Source: Lama guanicoe
Taxonomy: Eukaryota
Reading direction: 5' to 3'
Length of the DNA stretch: 64,000 nucleotides
Assembly: GCA_013239625.1 (NCBI GenBank)
Contig: MU054032.1
Coordinates: 124,001 to 188,000 of the forward strand
Shown: positions 34,101 through 45,711 of the stretch, piece after piece
How positions within the stretch are numbered: the stretch's first letter is position 1
Layout: each line of letters begins with the position of its first letter
Notes under the pieces: model-generated
Database searches by the model: none
What the model was told of the DNA's origin: nothing
Seen by the model: the letters and a program-made list of their open reading frames with translations, nothing else
Program-made: the position numbers and the translations under genes

Positions 34101-37100
34101 TGGAAAACTGCAGCTCTAGGAACACCTTAAGAAAATCACTCATCTAAGTTAATCTCCACTTCACAGAGTAAGTAACCAAGGCTCACAAAGGTCCAAGGTC
34201 ACACAGGCAGTTAGTGGCAGAGTTGGTTCTAAAATCTAAGTCTCTCAACAGATCTTAAAAAGGCACCAAATCTTCTACTCCATCCTACTGATCTTGAAGC
34301 CAGAACGATAAGGACTCTGCTCTACCACCCTCTCCAAGAGACCCTGGGCAAATCACTTCATACGGGGACTTTGGTTTCTTTATCTATAAAATGAAGAATA
34401 TTTATTTCACCAGGTTGTTATAAAGATTAAATGAGATCGTAGGATGAGAAACCACTCAGTAAACTGTAAGAAGTCACGGAATTGCTTTATTCTGGTTGGG
34501 TCTGGATCAAAGGAACAAAGGCTAGAGTAGCAGGAAGTAGTGGGAAAAAGATAAAGATTTGGGAGCAAATGGGTCTGTGAATATTGTGACCTATAATTAA
34601 ATGAACTTTTGATTTTCTGTCAAGCACTTTTGGCCAATAGTTTGGTCGGGGTGGGGTAGGGGGTGGGCACAGGCTTTTGGTGACCTGCTAAGTGACATTC
34701 TTTATTTACCTCAACATTTCCTATTCTTGGCATCTCTCACCTCGCAAAGCCAACGCCTCTGCTGGTCCCACTGGTGTCTCGGAGGATTCGAGTGGAGATA
34801 ACCTGGCCAAAGGGCTTCAGCATCCCCTCCAGTTCTTGCTCATCCATTGACAGTGGGAGGTTTGATATGTATAAATTTGTGGGGTCCTGCTCTTGTTGCT
34901 GTGGAAATAAAGGTGAAAACGCGAATTTCACATCTCCTATCCCTCTCCAACCCTCAGCCGACAGCTTAGAAAAGAGAGTAGGAAGGGATCCATATGAAAA
35001 AAGAGACTCTTAACTATTTGTAACACCTAGTCCCACTGCCACGGAGTTTATATTGAGTGCAGGCAAAAAAAAGAGGCAGATTTAATATTTGTAGCACTGA
35101 GCAAGCCCGTAATACAGGTCACTGATGAAGTTTTGGCTGTCTCTTTAAGAACCAGGCAGAACAGCACTCCCCTCTCCCGTCCAGCAGCCCAGCAGCCCAG
35201 CAGCCCAGCAGCCTGTCCCAGAGGCCGGACTCTCTGGGACTGCCTTTGCTTCCCAGCCGGCAGATTGTTCTGAGTAGTCCCCCCTCCCCCCTCTTCCGGT
35301 CACAGCGGACTCCTCAGAGGAGGAAGGCCTGCGCGCTGCCCCTGCGCACTCCCCGACGGAGGGAAAGCAGGAAGAGCGGAGAGGGTAAAGGGAAGCCAAG
35401 TGCTGGGGCGGCACTAAGGGCCAGGCGCGCAGCTCCCTGGGCCGCCACGGAGCCCTGCAAGTTCTAGTCTCAGAGGAACTCTGCAGGCACTCTACTGGCA
35501 GGGGGCTCTTCTCCAGAAAGAAGTGGGAGAGCCCTTCCAGGGGGCAGCATGTGCAAAATGGCAATAGCTTGTCAGAGCTGTACAATTAAAATTTAAGCAG
35601 TCACTTTGCCATAGACAGTGGGTCACCAGCAACCTTAATCCCTCTTCTGCCTTTCCCTTCAGGGCTTCCTGTTTCTTCAACCGTTCCGGAATAGGATGCT
35701 GTCAGGCCTGTCTCTTCAGAATCTACCCAGAGTATTCACAATGACTTTAGAAAGGCAAGGGGGCACTCCCACCTAAGAAGGGAGAGAAAAGCCACGAGCC
35801 TTCCAGTAGTCCAAATGAAAAGAAAAGCTCCAGACAGATCTGAGAAAGGAGGAACAGTTTCTTTCCTTGCTGTGGCTGTCCTCTCCCAGACCCCTCCCAA
35901 GTCCCACCCTCCTCCACACACACACACACAGGGAATAGTGTTGAGAGGTGGACAGCACTGATCTGAACTTCTGAGTTGCACAACTGGCTTCTTCAGAGAA
36001 TGTTGCAAAAATGCCGCAAGCTATCGGGTGGGGAAGTGGGGCCAGGGTGGAGATGGGGAAACAGCCAGAGGAAGGGAAGGAGCCTCCTGACCCTCTTGCC
36101 TGCTTATAATACTTGACGGGAGGAACAGAGTTGACAGACAAAGCTACCTGCCACAGAGTTTGAGTACCAAGCCAAGAGGTGCTCAAGGGGACCCTGGCCC
36201 CGACTCTCCGGCCAAACATAGTCAAAAGCACTGTAAATAAGCCCTTGGCCGTCAACTGCATGGCTCTTAAGCCCTCTGGAAGCCTTTGGTGCTAATCACA
36301 AGCCCTCAGAGGGACAGACAGCGGGTAGTATCCTTACCTTTGCCATCTGTGCCTGCACACCACTGGCTTTCAGTGCTGTTACAGCTTTCTGTGCTGCTGA
36401 AGGACTGTCAAAGTCCACGAAGCCGTAGCCTGGAACAGGGAAACAGCATCATGGGGAGGTGAGGGTGTAAGGGAGGCAGGAGGCCCAGGCTTTTCAGGAA
36501 ACAGAGGAAGAGTTATGGTCCACGTAACAGACGTGGTAGTGAAGAAGAGAAATTGAGAGGTTTCAGGTGGTTATCCATGTGTTCCTCAAAACCTGTGATA
36601 TTTGGTCCACTTTATAGCTAAGAAAGCCAAAGGCAATGAGGTCTTTATGGTGTCCTTGCCTTCCTCCCTCCCCGTTAAGAAATGTGAGGTTTTAAGAACT
36701 AGGCCCTTCTAAAAATTCACAGCCCCACTCTACTCCCCAAAGAACCTCTTCCTCTATTCCAGCCGTGCTCGACACACTAGGCATGTAGGAAACACAGCCT
36801 CTCCACTGCAGACAACCAGCCACCTGCTGGAAGGGGCCCCTTCCTACCCCAACGCACAGCCCTCTCCCCTCCCTTGCACTCCTCCATTCCTATCCAGAAT
36901 TGCTCAAACACCAACAAAACTATTTCACTCCTTCTCCACCACCAAAAGGCATTTACAGTGCTTTGCTAAGTAGGAATAATCTATACTTATATCCACCATC
37001 CAATCTGGGGAAGCTTGACATCCAAAGTAAGCCCAAGGGACTCAGCGGCACCCTGCGCAGGCTGCCAGCCTTGGGCCCCCAGAACAGCGCTTTCGGCTGG

Positions 37101-40100
37101 AGCCGAGTCAGCATCTACGAGCCTTTTGGGCTTGAAAACCTCAGAAACCCCTCTCTGGCACTGAATACCAGGGCCTTTCAGCAGGAAAGGGCAGAGGCAA
37201 GGGGTGGCCTCGCTCACAGCTGTTCTCTCACCTTTGCATTTGTTTGTGGTCTTGTCCAGGATGGCCTTCGTGGAGACAATCTTGCCGTATCTAAGGGAGA
37301 GGAAAATGCGAAATGATGATCTGGGAGCAGGGGTTTAGAACAGGACAGAGACTGAGACATCTAGATGAATCCATGTCCTTTCTTCACTGCCACTAGGACA
37401 ACTGTACCTACTCAAACCTTAGAACAAAGAAGTAAATTTAAAATGTCATACTTATTACATAAACCCATTCCCTCAAGGTAGCTACAAGAAATAAGGTAAC
37501 TGTAGTCCCTATAATATCAACATCTTTCTCTCTTCTTCCCCAAATAAGACTCAGATACAAGTTAGAAAGAAACTACTGTCTTTTGAGGAAGGAAGCTTGG
37601 CCACATCCACACAGCAGCGTGTGTAAGGGCAGAGCTCTGGCTAGAATTCCTTGAGGACTAAAAATAATCCTTGATATTACTTATCTTCCTTTGGACAAAC
37701 ACCACTCCTCCTATGAAAAACTGTTTCTCTTCTCTGACACCCCATTCCTCACCCCTCTACTAGCCCCCTGATTGAAGGTCAACTTGAGTCAAACTGCTTT
37801 TGTTCAACTCCTGGTTCTGCCACTTTAAGTGTGATCTTTGACAAGTTATTCAACCTTTACCTCAGTCTTACTATCTGTAAAACTGAGATAGGATTGTTAG
37901 GAATATGAAATGAGTTCATGAATATAAAGCACTAATGTCTACCACGTGGTTAAACACCTGAAAATTCTTAACTGCTATTATTATTATATTCAAGGGATTT
38001 CAACTTTAACCTAATGCAAATGGCTCTTTCCTGCTTCACTGCATTCTAAGACTTCTATTCCTTATTGTCAAGATATGTGTTAGGGACGGGAATGGGCATA
38101 AGACCAAATGCAACATCTGTGTTAAGAAAATTATCCAAAACTTGACGATAAGGCAAAATGAGGACCGCACAGCCTTTCAATGTAATTCTGGAGCACTGTC
38201 TAAAAGGCCCATTCAAGGTATATTTTATTATCTAGGGGGATGTTTCTTTGTTTGACTTACTATTTACTACTGATGAGAGCCCAGATTTTGTGAAAACACG
38301 TATTAACTTGTAGATTTTTATCCGGTATAAATGCAAATAATTTCTGCCCGGTAGAAAAGATCATCTCAAAGGTTACTGCTTTATTGTCCTATAGGGTATG
38401 AACCAGTTTTGTCTGTAACCTAGTAATCTTATTCCAACGCTTTCTTCAGTACCATAAATACTCAGTCCCTCAAACACTTCGAACCCATTTTACCATCCTG
38501 CTAGTTTTCTCATGAATGAGTAAAATAAACATTTGGCATGTGTTTGCCTATATTTGTCCAAGAATTATGTTTTTCAACTTTTTGAAAATGATACTTTGGC
38601 AGCAGAGTCACGAGGAGTTCCCCAAACCTGAGCAGGGGAGTATCACAGGTCAGGGATTATATCTGAAGTGTGCCACCAGGATGCAGTCTCTACATTCCAC
38701 TCCAGGAGAGGGAAGATATTAAAGAGACAGAACAGAGATCACTAACAAAGTCAGAAGTATAAGATTTAACTGAAAGCAGTTGGCAGGGACTGAATTTGAG
38801 ACCAAGACCTCAAATAAACTTTTTCTTCTACCTCTCATCTCATTTAGGGATCTGAAGAATATATGATTGATGTATTTGTTTCGCTCCGTGGTGGCCCCTC
38901 ACTGACTATTTTAGTGGGGCTCTGTGACCCAGTGGATCACACAGAGCAAGCCAAGCAATGCCCTGGAGGCTGGAATGGATGTGGCGATCCTAACCCTTCA
39001 GGGCTACATCCTTGGATTCTTTCCCAAATTTAGGCAAGGGAAGGGATGCAAGAGGCTGTAAGCCAGAGGACACACATGCTGCTATCCCTATCAAGGCCCC
39101 AGGGTGGAGCTTGCTGTGGTCTGAGCAGCCTGAGACTTTGCGCTCAGAATTTCCACTGCAGCTGGCAACAGCTGGGTCGCGCTGCTTCCTTCTCGGAAGG
39201 AGCCCCTCCAAGAGAACCAGGAGTTCCAGGCCCAGCCTCCACGCCTCTCCTTCCCACCCACCAGGGCTTAGGATCCAGCAAAGCTCACTTCCCTTACAAC
39301 CTAAAGAGACAACTGGGACAAAGGCAAGAAGTCCCTCTACGCACGGAAACACCCTTCGTAGAAAGGTTTGCCTCCTCCCTCATAGCAGCCATGAGGGTTC
39401 CACCTCCTGCTCTTCTCAGCTTCCCTTTCCTCACAACCCCTCCTTGCACCCATTCTTTCCCTGCCTCGTTCCTACCTCTCCACAGTCCCCTACTGGGCTC
39501 CTTACTTCCATCCTATGTGCCGACCCTGACTGTTCTCATCCCGTTAGACACAGCAAAAGGTAAGGCAACTACTGGGAAGGACAAAATGAAAGTCTAAAGG
39601 TATAGTGAAGCAGAACTGGGTTTTTCCTCTGTCTTGTGAAGAAGACTGATTTTAGTAGCACATTATATTTAGTACAAGAAACACGAGGTGAAGAAATCAA
39701 GGAACTAGACTGATATGATACTCTTTTCCCTCATCAACTAACATTTTTGCCAATTCTCATTCCTTCAAAAAATTACTAGTCCTAGACTAAGTCTCCTAAG
39801 TTCCATTTAAATACTTTTCTAGCAAGGTAAGCTGAGGGAAAGGATCCATCTAGTTTTATACACATATCTAGCCTTACAGAGATTGATTTTGTGCAGCCTG
39901 ATGCTAGCAAAAATCCAAAAACCACTACTTCAGAAGAGTTAGGGGTGTACAGAATACCTCTGATGCCTCACACAACTACATTCCGGGTAGGGGGATGTTC
40001 TGCCTTTGGGACAGCTATAACGTACATACACTGTTGTGGGAGTTTGAGTTAGTTTGACCACTGCAGAAAATTCTTTAGTAGTATCTACAAAACCTGAGCA

Positions 40101-41562
40101 AGTGTATATCCTCTGACTTAGTCATTTTCCTCCTAGGTACATAACCAACATAAATGCGTACACACATACACCAAAAAGCTCATGGCAGCACTACTGATAC
40201 CCATAGTAGTCACATACTGGCAACAACCCAAGTGCCCAGCAACAGGAGAATGGGTAAATAAACTGGTAGTTCCTAGGATGGAATTTTATAAAGCGGTAAG
40301 AATGAAGAAAATTTTGCTCCGTGCAACAATGTAGATGAATCTCACAAACAACACTGAGCAACAGAAACCAGACATAAAAGGATACGTGCTACATCACTAT
40401 GATTTATATGAAGTTCAAATAAGACACATCAATCAACTGTTTAGAAGCCAAAGAGCAGATACCATTAGGGGAAGGGGGAGAGATTGTAACTCGGAGGTGG
40501 GCTTCTGAAAAGTGGATAATGTTCTATTTCTTGATCTGGTTGCAAGGGACTGTTATAAGGATGTGTTCACCTTGTGAAAATTTTCTCTTCTGTAAACACG
40601 ATTTGTGCACTTTTCACAAATTGTTATACTTCAACAAAGTTTTAAAAGATGATAAATTTACACAGACTAAGGTTCCTATTTCTCTTTCCAAACTCAATTT
40701 CTCCTTCCCCATTAATGTCCCCATCCCACCCTAGACTTCTGCCTCTAATCAGTCCCCCATATAAATGATCTGAAACACATATTTTTCTGCCAAATGGAAT
40801 TGAGCTGGCATCTCTGCACTCCTGTAATTTTTCCAGCTTTCCTAATTGGGTTAATTCCATGGTGTTATCTCCATCTAATGACTCAAATCTATGCTGAGGA
40901 ACCCCAGAGGCCTTTAGCGGGTAGGTGCAGAGTAACAACCTCTCTGCCCATCTTCTTCTTCATCCACTAATCTGAGGGCTTCTCTGGGTCACTAGGAATA
41001 ACTCCAGCAGCAGAAATTCTCCTAGGTGTGTAATTCAGTTGGCTAGTCCAACTTTCTTCTATCCTCACTGCCAGCTCTGTCTTCCAGTGAGTATCTTCAG
41101 AGATAGTGAGCATTTCTATTCAAGGTGTAAGGACAGGAATCTTTCCACTAAGACCATCAGTTCTTCGGTACCTGCTGGAAACAAAGCCCTAACCAGCTTT
41201 CCTCAGAGAAAAACATAAACATTTTATACATTGGTAGTAAGTAGCATTTCCTTAACAGTGGCTGCTGAGAAACCTTGCGACTATGGTCTAGAAGCAAAAT
41301 AATACTGCATTTCAGAATCAGAGTATCTGGTAAAAAGCCACTATCACCAAATCCATGCTGTCCCTGGAAACCTCCCCACGTATACCCCAACTTACGACTG
41401 GCACAACTTGACTAGGTCCTGGTCAGTGGTGCCTGGCTGCAGTCCCCGGATGTAGAGGTTGGTTTTGCTCAGCTGGTCATTCCCACTGCTCCCACTGCTG
41501 CTGTTAGGGGTACTGCTGCTTGGACTGGGTGGTGCCATCTGCTGAGACAATGACACGTATGG
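25077..41562 (-). CDS. RBMS2: RBMS2, RNA-binding motif single-stranded-interacting protein 2; coding exons 2-13 (exon 1 beyond the window)
   Basis: Two RRMs (TNLYIRGL...[16 protein letters not shown]...RGVGFARM) and C-terminus GVYSFQFNK*. 12 GT-AG exons sum to 1158 nt (385 aa + stop), consistent with a 407-aa protein once about 22 codons from exon 1 are added. Confidence 0.97.
25552..25632 (-). CDS. RBMS2: RBMS2 exon 12
   Basis: [27 protein letters not shown]. Confidence 0.93.
25655..25812. mobile_element. MER5-family MITE remnant
   Basis: cctggggagttttaaaaa...ccccagatattctaatttaatt...caggtgattctaaagtacac. Confidence 0.6.
26249..26359 (-). CDS. RBMS2: RBMS2 exon 11
   Basis: [37 protein letters not shown]. 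Confidence 0.93.
26698..26775 (-). CDS. RBMS2: RBMS2 exon 10
   Basis: [26 protein letters not shown]. Confidence 0.93.
26935..27765 (+). mobile_element. Old LINE-1 (L1MB-like) ORF2 end and 3' UTR
   Basis: gaaatgcgaatcaaaaccacaatgagataccac, cagcaattccacctctaggtata, atgctaagtgaaagaagtcag motifs; frame broken. Confidence 0.85.
28834..29019 (+). mobile_element. MER5A-like hAT-Charlie MITE
   Basis: ttcccaaagtatggtccctggaccagcagca...actgaatca...gtgattctcatgcac. Confidence 0.75.
29285..29415 (+). mobile_element. tRNA-Ala(AGC)-derived SINE (camelid vic-1 type) with TSD
   Basis: GGGTATAGCTCAAGTGGTAGAGCGCTTGCTTAGCATGCATGAGGTCCTGGGTTCAAGCCCCAGTACCTCC head, A-rich tail, TSD AAGATAGGAAA at 29274-29284 and 29416-29426. 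Confidence 0.9.
29779..29961 (-). mobile_element. MER5A hAT-Charlie MITE, near full length
   Basis: acctggagggcttgttaaaac...attcagtaggtctgggg...tgctggtccagggaccacactttgagaa. Confidence 0.85.
30328..30421 (-). CDS. RBMS2: RBMS2 exon 9
   Basis: [31 protein letters not shown]. Confidence 0.93.
30597..30643 (-). CDS. RBMS2: RBMS2 exon 8
   Basis: [15 protein letters not shown]. Confidence 0.93.
30972..31081 (-). CDS. RBMS2: RBMS2 exon 7
   Basis: (A)[36 protein letters not shown]. Confidence 0.95.
31211..31290 (-). CDS. RBMS2: RBMS2 exon 6
   Basis: [26 protein letters not shown]. Confidence 0.95.
32490..33740 (+). mobile_element. hAT-Charlie DNA transposon remnants (probably two elements)
   Basis: ccatttacttatttatgtgaacaaggtttctca reads [11 protein letters not shown] (hAT dimerisation motif); second block tgttcccaaactg...gagaagctgtgcagtgtccaacaggc. 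Confidence 0.6.
33824..33842 (+). promoter_or_regulatory. Candidate CTCF site
   Basis: TTGCCAGCAGGTGGTGCTA vs core CCASYAGRKGGCRS, one mismatch. Confidence 0.5.
34140..34475. mobile_element. Two MIR remnants in opposite orientation
   Basis: ccaaggtcacacaggcagttagtggcagag (minus) then gaccctgggcaaatcactt...ctataaaatgaag...taaagattaaatgaga (plus). Confidence 0.6.
34741..34898 (-). CDS. RBMS2: RBMS2 exon 5 (RRM2)
   Basis: [52 protein letters not shown]. Confidence 0.97.
35181..35212 (+). repeat. (CCAGCAGC)4 tandem repeat
   Basis: Four perfect 8-mers read directly. Confidence 0.9.
36338..36429 (-). CDS. RBMS2: RBMS2 exon 4 (RNP1 of RRM1)
   Basis: (G)[30 protein letters not shown]. Confidence 0.96.
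37232..37290 (-). CDS. RBMS2: RBMS2 exon 3
   Basis: [19 protein letters not shown]. Confidence 0.95.
37780..37990 (+). mobile_element. MIR SINE
   Basis: cctggttctgccactttaagtgtgatctttgacaagtta...atctgtaaaa...taaagcact. Confidence 0.7.
40020..40650 (+). mobile_element. Ancient LINE-1 (L1ME-like) 3' end
   Basis: actggcaacaacccaagtgcccagcaacaggagaatgggtaaataaactg, gataatgttctatttcttgatctgg. Confidence 0.7.
41396..41562 (-). CDS. RBMS2: RBMS2 exon 2
   Basis: [55 protein letters not shown]. Confidence 0.95.
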
Positions 41563-44500
41563 CTGCAGGAAGACATGAAGAACAGAAGGTCAGGATTACA
41601 CGTTTAGATGCTCAAGAGTGAGGAGTATTTTGGTTCCTTAGAAAGAATCAGTCCAAGGTTTAACAGCAGCGAAGTCAATAGGACAATTGAAAAAAAAACA
41701 AAAAAAAAAAACAACTGAAGGACTTCCTCTCTGCCATAGAATAAGAAAATATGTAACTGTCCTCCCTATCTTTCATGAATAATGAGAGGTCAAAATAAGC
41801 TTGTTTTTAAAGCTTTTAAAAGTTTAACTGAATGAATAATACATAAAGTATGGTCAAGGAAATCTAGGATTTGGGGTGCAAGATCGCTAATCTTTCACCA
41901 CTGACACCAGGACAGGCAACCAAACTCTGCTCCATTTTTGGGGTACTTCTGTTGGAGACAAAGTACCAGGGTGCCTGGAACATGGATCCATTGCTTCATC
42001 ACATATTTTATATCTTTATGCTTTAATCAGGCTTCTAGTGTATATATTTATATATGGCTCATAAGACTCTAAATTTGCATAATTTTCTATAATACAGTGC
42101 ATTTTACTCTATCATACCCATATTCTAGTTCTCCCTTGCCTTAAAGCGCTTTATAGGATAAATCTATTTGGAATTACTTCTCTCTAAAATGCGAGTTTCA
42201 TCTCTAGGTGTCCCCCCCCCTTTTTTGGTGGTGGTAATGGTGGCGAGGGATATCGAAGGGGGGAAAACATCCCGCCAAAGAATCTTAATTAATGTGAAAT
42301 GTGCCTCTCATATTTCACGCCTCTGACCTTTAGCAAACTTTAAAATAAAAGTCTTTGCTCTGGCAAAAGATGCTGAAGGAGGTATTTCCCCACTTTTATC
42401 ACTATATACAATCACAAATGTGCACCCTCTTGCAAATACAGTTTATTCCTTAGGTCTTTACTGCAGCAAAGAAACCCAATACCATATTGTAGAATGGCCC
42501 AAAAACTCATGATCTATTGTAGCTCTTCATACACCTTTTATATTTCCTGTCCCTCTCTTTGCCAACACTTACACTATGACTTCCCATACAGAATAATCCA
42601 CACGCCAGAGGAATATGAATTATTCCTCTGTGATGGCAGCAATAGGCAGTAAGTGCAGGGCAGGGGATGGGGGCATGTGCATGTTTTTAAGCAACTTTCA
42701 GACAACAAGACAAAAATAGGACAAATAAACTTAAAAGTCATACATCCAGTGCTAAAAATGGCAGCACTTGCTGTAAGAATGATGTTGAAAACGCCACTGA
42801 ATTAGTACATCTGCAGTAATAATCAAATACCAACCGTTTAGGCCTGTCCGTTATCACGCCTATTGTAAGTGCACCAACTGATTTAAAGTAGAGGCAAGAA
42901 GACTGTGACCTATACTCCAACCATGCTTGTTCCTGAGTTCAGAAAAAGAAGATCACTGCTGGAGATCACTCTCTAAGATCTGCCTTTCTTCACCTCTAAG
43001 GAATTACTATTATGATCCTTAGCTGAGAAAGCCAAGCTTCTTCTAAATGTGAGATTCCAGGCCTGGGAGCAGCAACAGTGGCAGCAAAAGCAACTCTAGC
43101 AGCATCACATCACATGCCGAGCACTAGCAGACGAGCTCACCTGCCTCAGGGAGAGTTTACCTGTCCCCTTTCCCAATATGGGAGGATATTTCTAAGAGCA
43201 AGTACCAGTGATGCTAGGACTGTCCAAATAAGAACACAAGGGTCACTGGGGAAAGAAATACACTGAAAAGAAGCTATCGGTTTGCTACCATGGTTATAAA
43301 TTTGGATTTAATACTAAGGTCTTATCTATAATCTAAAACTGACTTAGTCAATAATAAACTTTGCTGCAAGGCCAGGAAAATTACTAGGAAAAAAAAATAC
43401 CATTCAGGAAAACAAAACAAAACAAAACCAAAAACGTTAATCTCTTGCTATTCCCAAACAGCTTCTGAAATTGCTATATAGGTTTGGCTCCGAAGAGAAA
43501 AATTAGAAAAATATTCACTTTGAGGTGCGAGAGAATCCGAGGGAAAAAAGATGAGAAAGCCTCAAGGTAAAGCTTATCTGGTTTCCCAAAATTAACTATT
43601 CAGAGAGACATAATAATGAAGGCAAACTAATAATTCACGTTTACCTATGTATTAAGAGAGAAAGGGGGTCGTATATATGAGGGCCCAGAGGACTGAAATA
43701 GCCTTCCTGAGGGAGGAAGGGCAGGGAAATACTGTCTCTCTTGATTCCTACTAGTCTGAAACAGTCTTCTGAGGCCACTGGTCCTCTGTCAGGGCCTAAG
43801 CTAGAAAATAAGGAACAAGATGTTTTCCTTAGTCCTGCTGCATTATGGGAGATTTCATAAACAGAAGCAGAGTCTAAATCTTAAAGGTAACTTGATATTT
43901 ATTGCTATGGTGAAAAACTGTCATTTTTATGTAAGGATCAAATTCAGGGTTGTTAGAGGAGCTGAAATGGAAATGGTTGACCTGTCAGTACTCCAGGTTC
44001 TCTTAAGGAAGGGATGCTACTGGAGCATCCATCTGTTAGCTTCGTATCTTTGGATGACATGTAGTTTTGTTTGGCTCCTAGAAGAAAAAAAAAAAAAACT
44101 GGTAGGTTTCCACTTATAACTTTGGTTTGTACTCATGTAGGTGGAATTCTTAAAGTTGTTTGGATTAGTGGTCATTTAGAAGAGGACTCAATTGTATTAT
44201 GCCCCTAATGATTTCAAGATTTGAACTCTTTAAAACAAGGACCCTCACATTTGGCCCAGATACCTGGGATGGTATTAAATTTGCCTTTTGAAATAAAGGA
44301 TGGTAGTATATTATCAAGCAGCAAAGGAATATGTAAAGCTATCCAGCAGAAGAGGGTAGGTATGAGTTTTCTTATGAAGGAGATTTAATTCTGAAAGTGA
44401 CTGGGAAACATTAATGGGTTTATAAACAGAGAAATGACATGAGAAAGCTAACACCTGTGGCTTTATCCAAGCTGGTTTGGAGGGGTAGGAGACCAGAGGT

Positions 44501-45027
44501 GGTGAGAGTAGCTAGGAGATATTAGACATGAAGGGGGATCAGGAAAAAGTATAGAAGTTAAATTCAGACTTGCAGAATGTGAAGTTATCTGCTTGATGGA
44601 TATATGTTGAGTACTGTTAGAATAAATATTGATTAATTCATGCATTTAGTAAATGTTTGAATATCTTAAAAATAACAGGACTAGGCAGGGAAGGCATGAA
44701 AAGCCCAGTAATTAGTGTGGTAAGAGCTCTGAAGTTTGATTTCTTAGCTAAAAGTGAAAGAAGTGCCTTAGAAATGTAGGCCTACAAATGAGGTATTAAT
44801 GCTTTTAGAAGGTTCTCTTATTTCACTAATTCTTTGGGAAAGGGAGGAATTTCAACTGTGATCCCTGAAGGTGGGAAGCAATCTCAGGGCTAGGGCTTTT
44901 TGGCTTTGGATCTGCCAGTGAAACCCAAGTGCCTGTCTGTGGCAATAGGTTATCAAGGTAGAATAGGAAACATTCATTGAATTGCAAAAATGAGTTGACT
45001 GAATGTAAATGATAGGGAATAGCAGAT

Positions 45028-45215
45028 TTAAAAAAATTTTTTTTTCTTTTTTAAAAATTTTGTTTCCTTTTAAAAAAATTTTTTTTTCTTGAGGAGGGGC
45101 GGTAATTTTAGGCTTATTTATTTGCTTATTCTTTTAAACAGAGGTACTGGGGATTGAACCCAGGACCCTGTGCATGCTAGGCATGCACTCCACCACTGAG
45201 ATATACCTTCCTCCC
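45028..45215 (-). mobile_element. tRNA-Ala-derived SINE (vic-1 type)
   Basis: Reverse complement of the same head at about 45140-45215; T-rich tail; TSD AATAGCAGAT / AACAGCAGAT at 45018-45027 and 45216-45225. Confidence 0.88.
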
Positions 45216-45605
45216 AACAGCAGATGTAAGACTGGTTGGAGACTAGAATCTATCACTAAAAGGTGTGTGAGGACACCAGAAGGGGTGGCCTTGGATGTTT
45301 TCCAGAAGGGCCACTCCTCTCGCAGAGCCACATATAAAACAGCCACACATAAAAGTCAAAGAAAGGTGGGATAAATGAGTTAATGGATATAAAGTACTTA
45401 ACATGGCATACAGAAAGTATGAAATGTCAATTATGATTATTCTTTTAAAATCTAGAGTCTTAAAAATGAAGGTCTTCTATTTAAAGGACAAAATTCTCCT
45501 TCCTTTGCAAACTATAGATAACTCACCCACATTGAGCTGTTACTTGTCTGCAGATTTGATGTTTCCCCTAGTAGTTCTTAAGGATCCAGGAAAACTCTGG
45601 AGAAA

Positions 45606-45711
45606 TTTTTTTTTTTAAATTAAAGTATAGTCAGTTGCAATGTGACAATTTCTGGTGTACAGCATACATGTCCCAGTCATGCATATATATACATATACTC
45701 ATTTTCATATT
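45606..45711 (-). mobile_element. Small LINE-1 3' terminal fragment
   Basis: T-run then aagtatagtcagttgcaatgtg...tctggtgtacagcat, the reverse complement of an L1 3' end. Confidence 0.6.

Noticed and set aside
34648..34667. G4 motif near the RBMS2 exon 5 donor
   Set aside because: It lies on the template strand, so it is absent from the pre-mRNA; such motifs are common and nothing else supports it.
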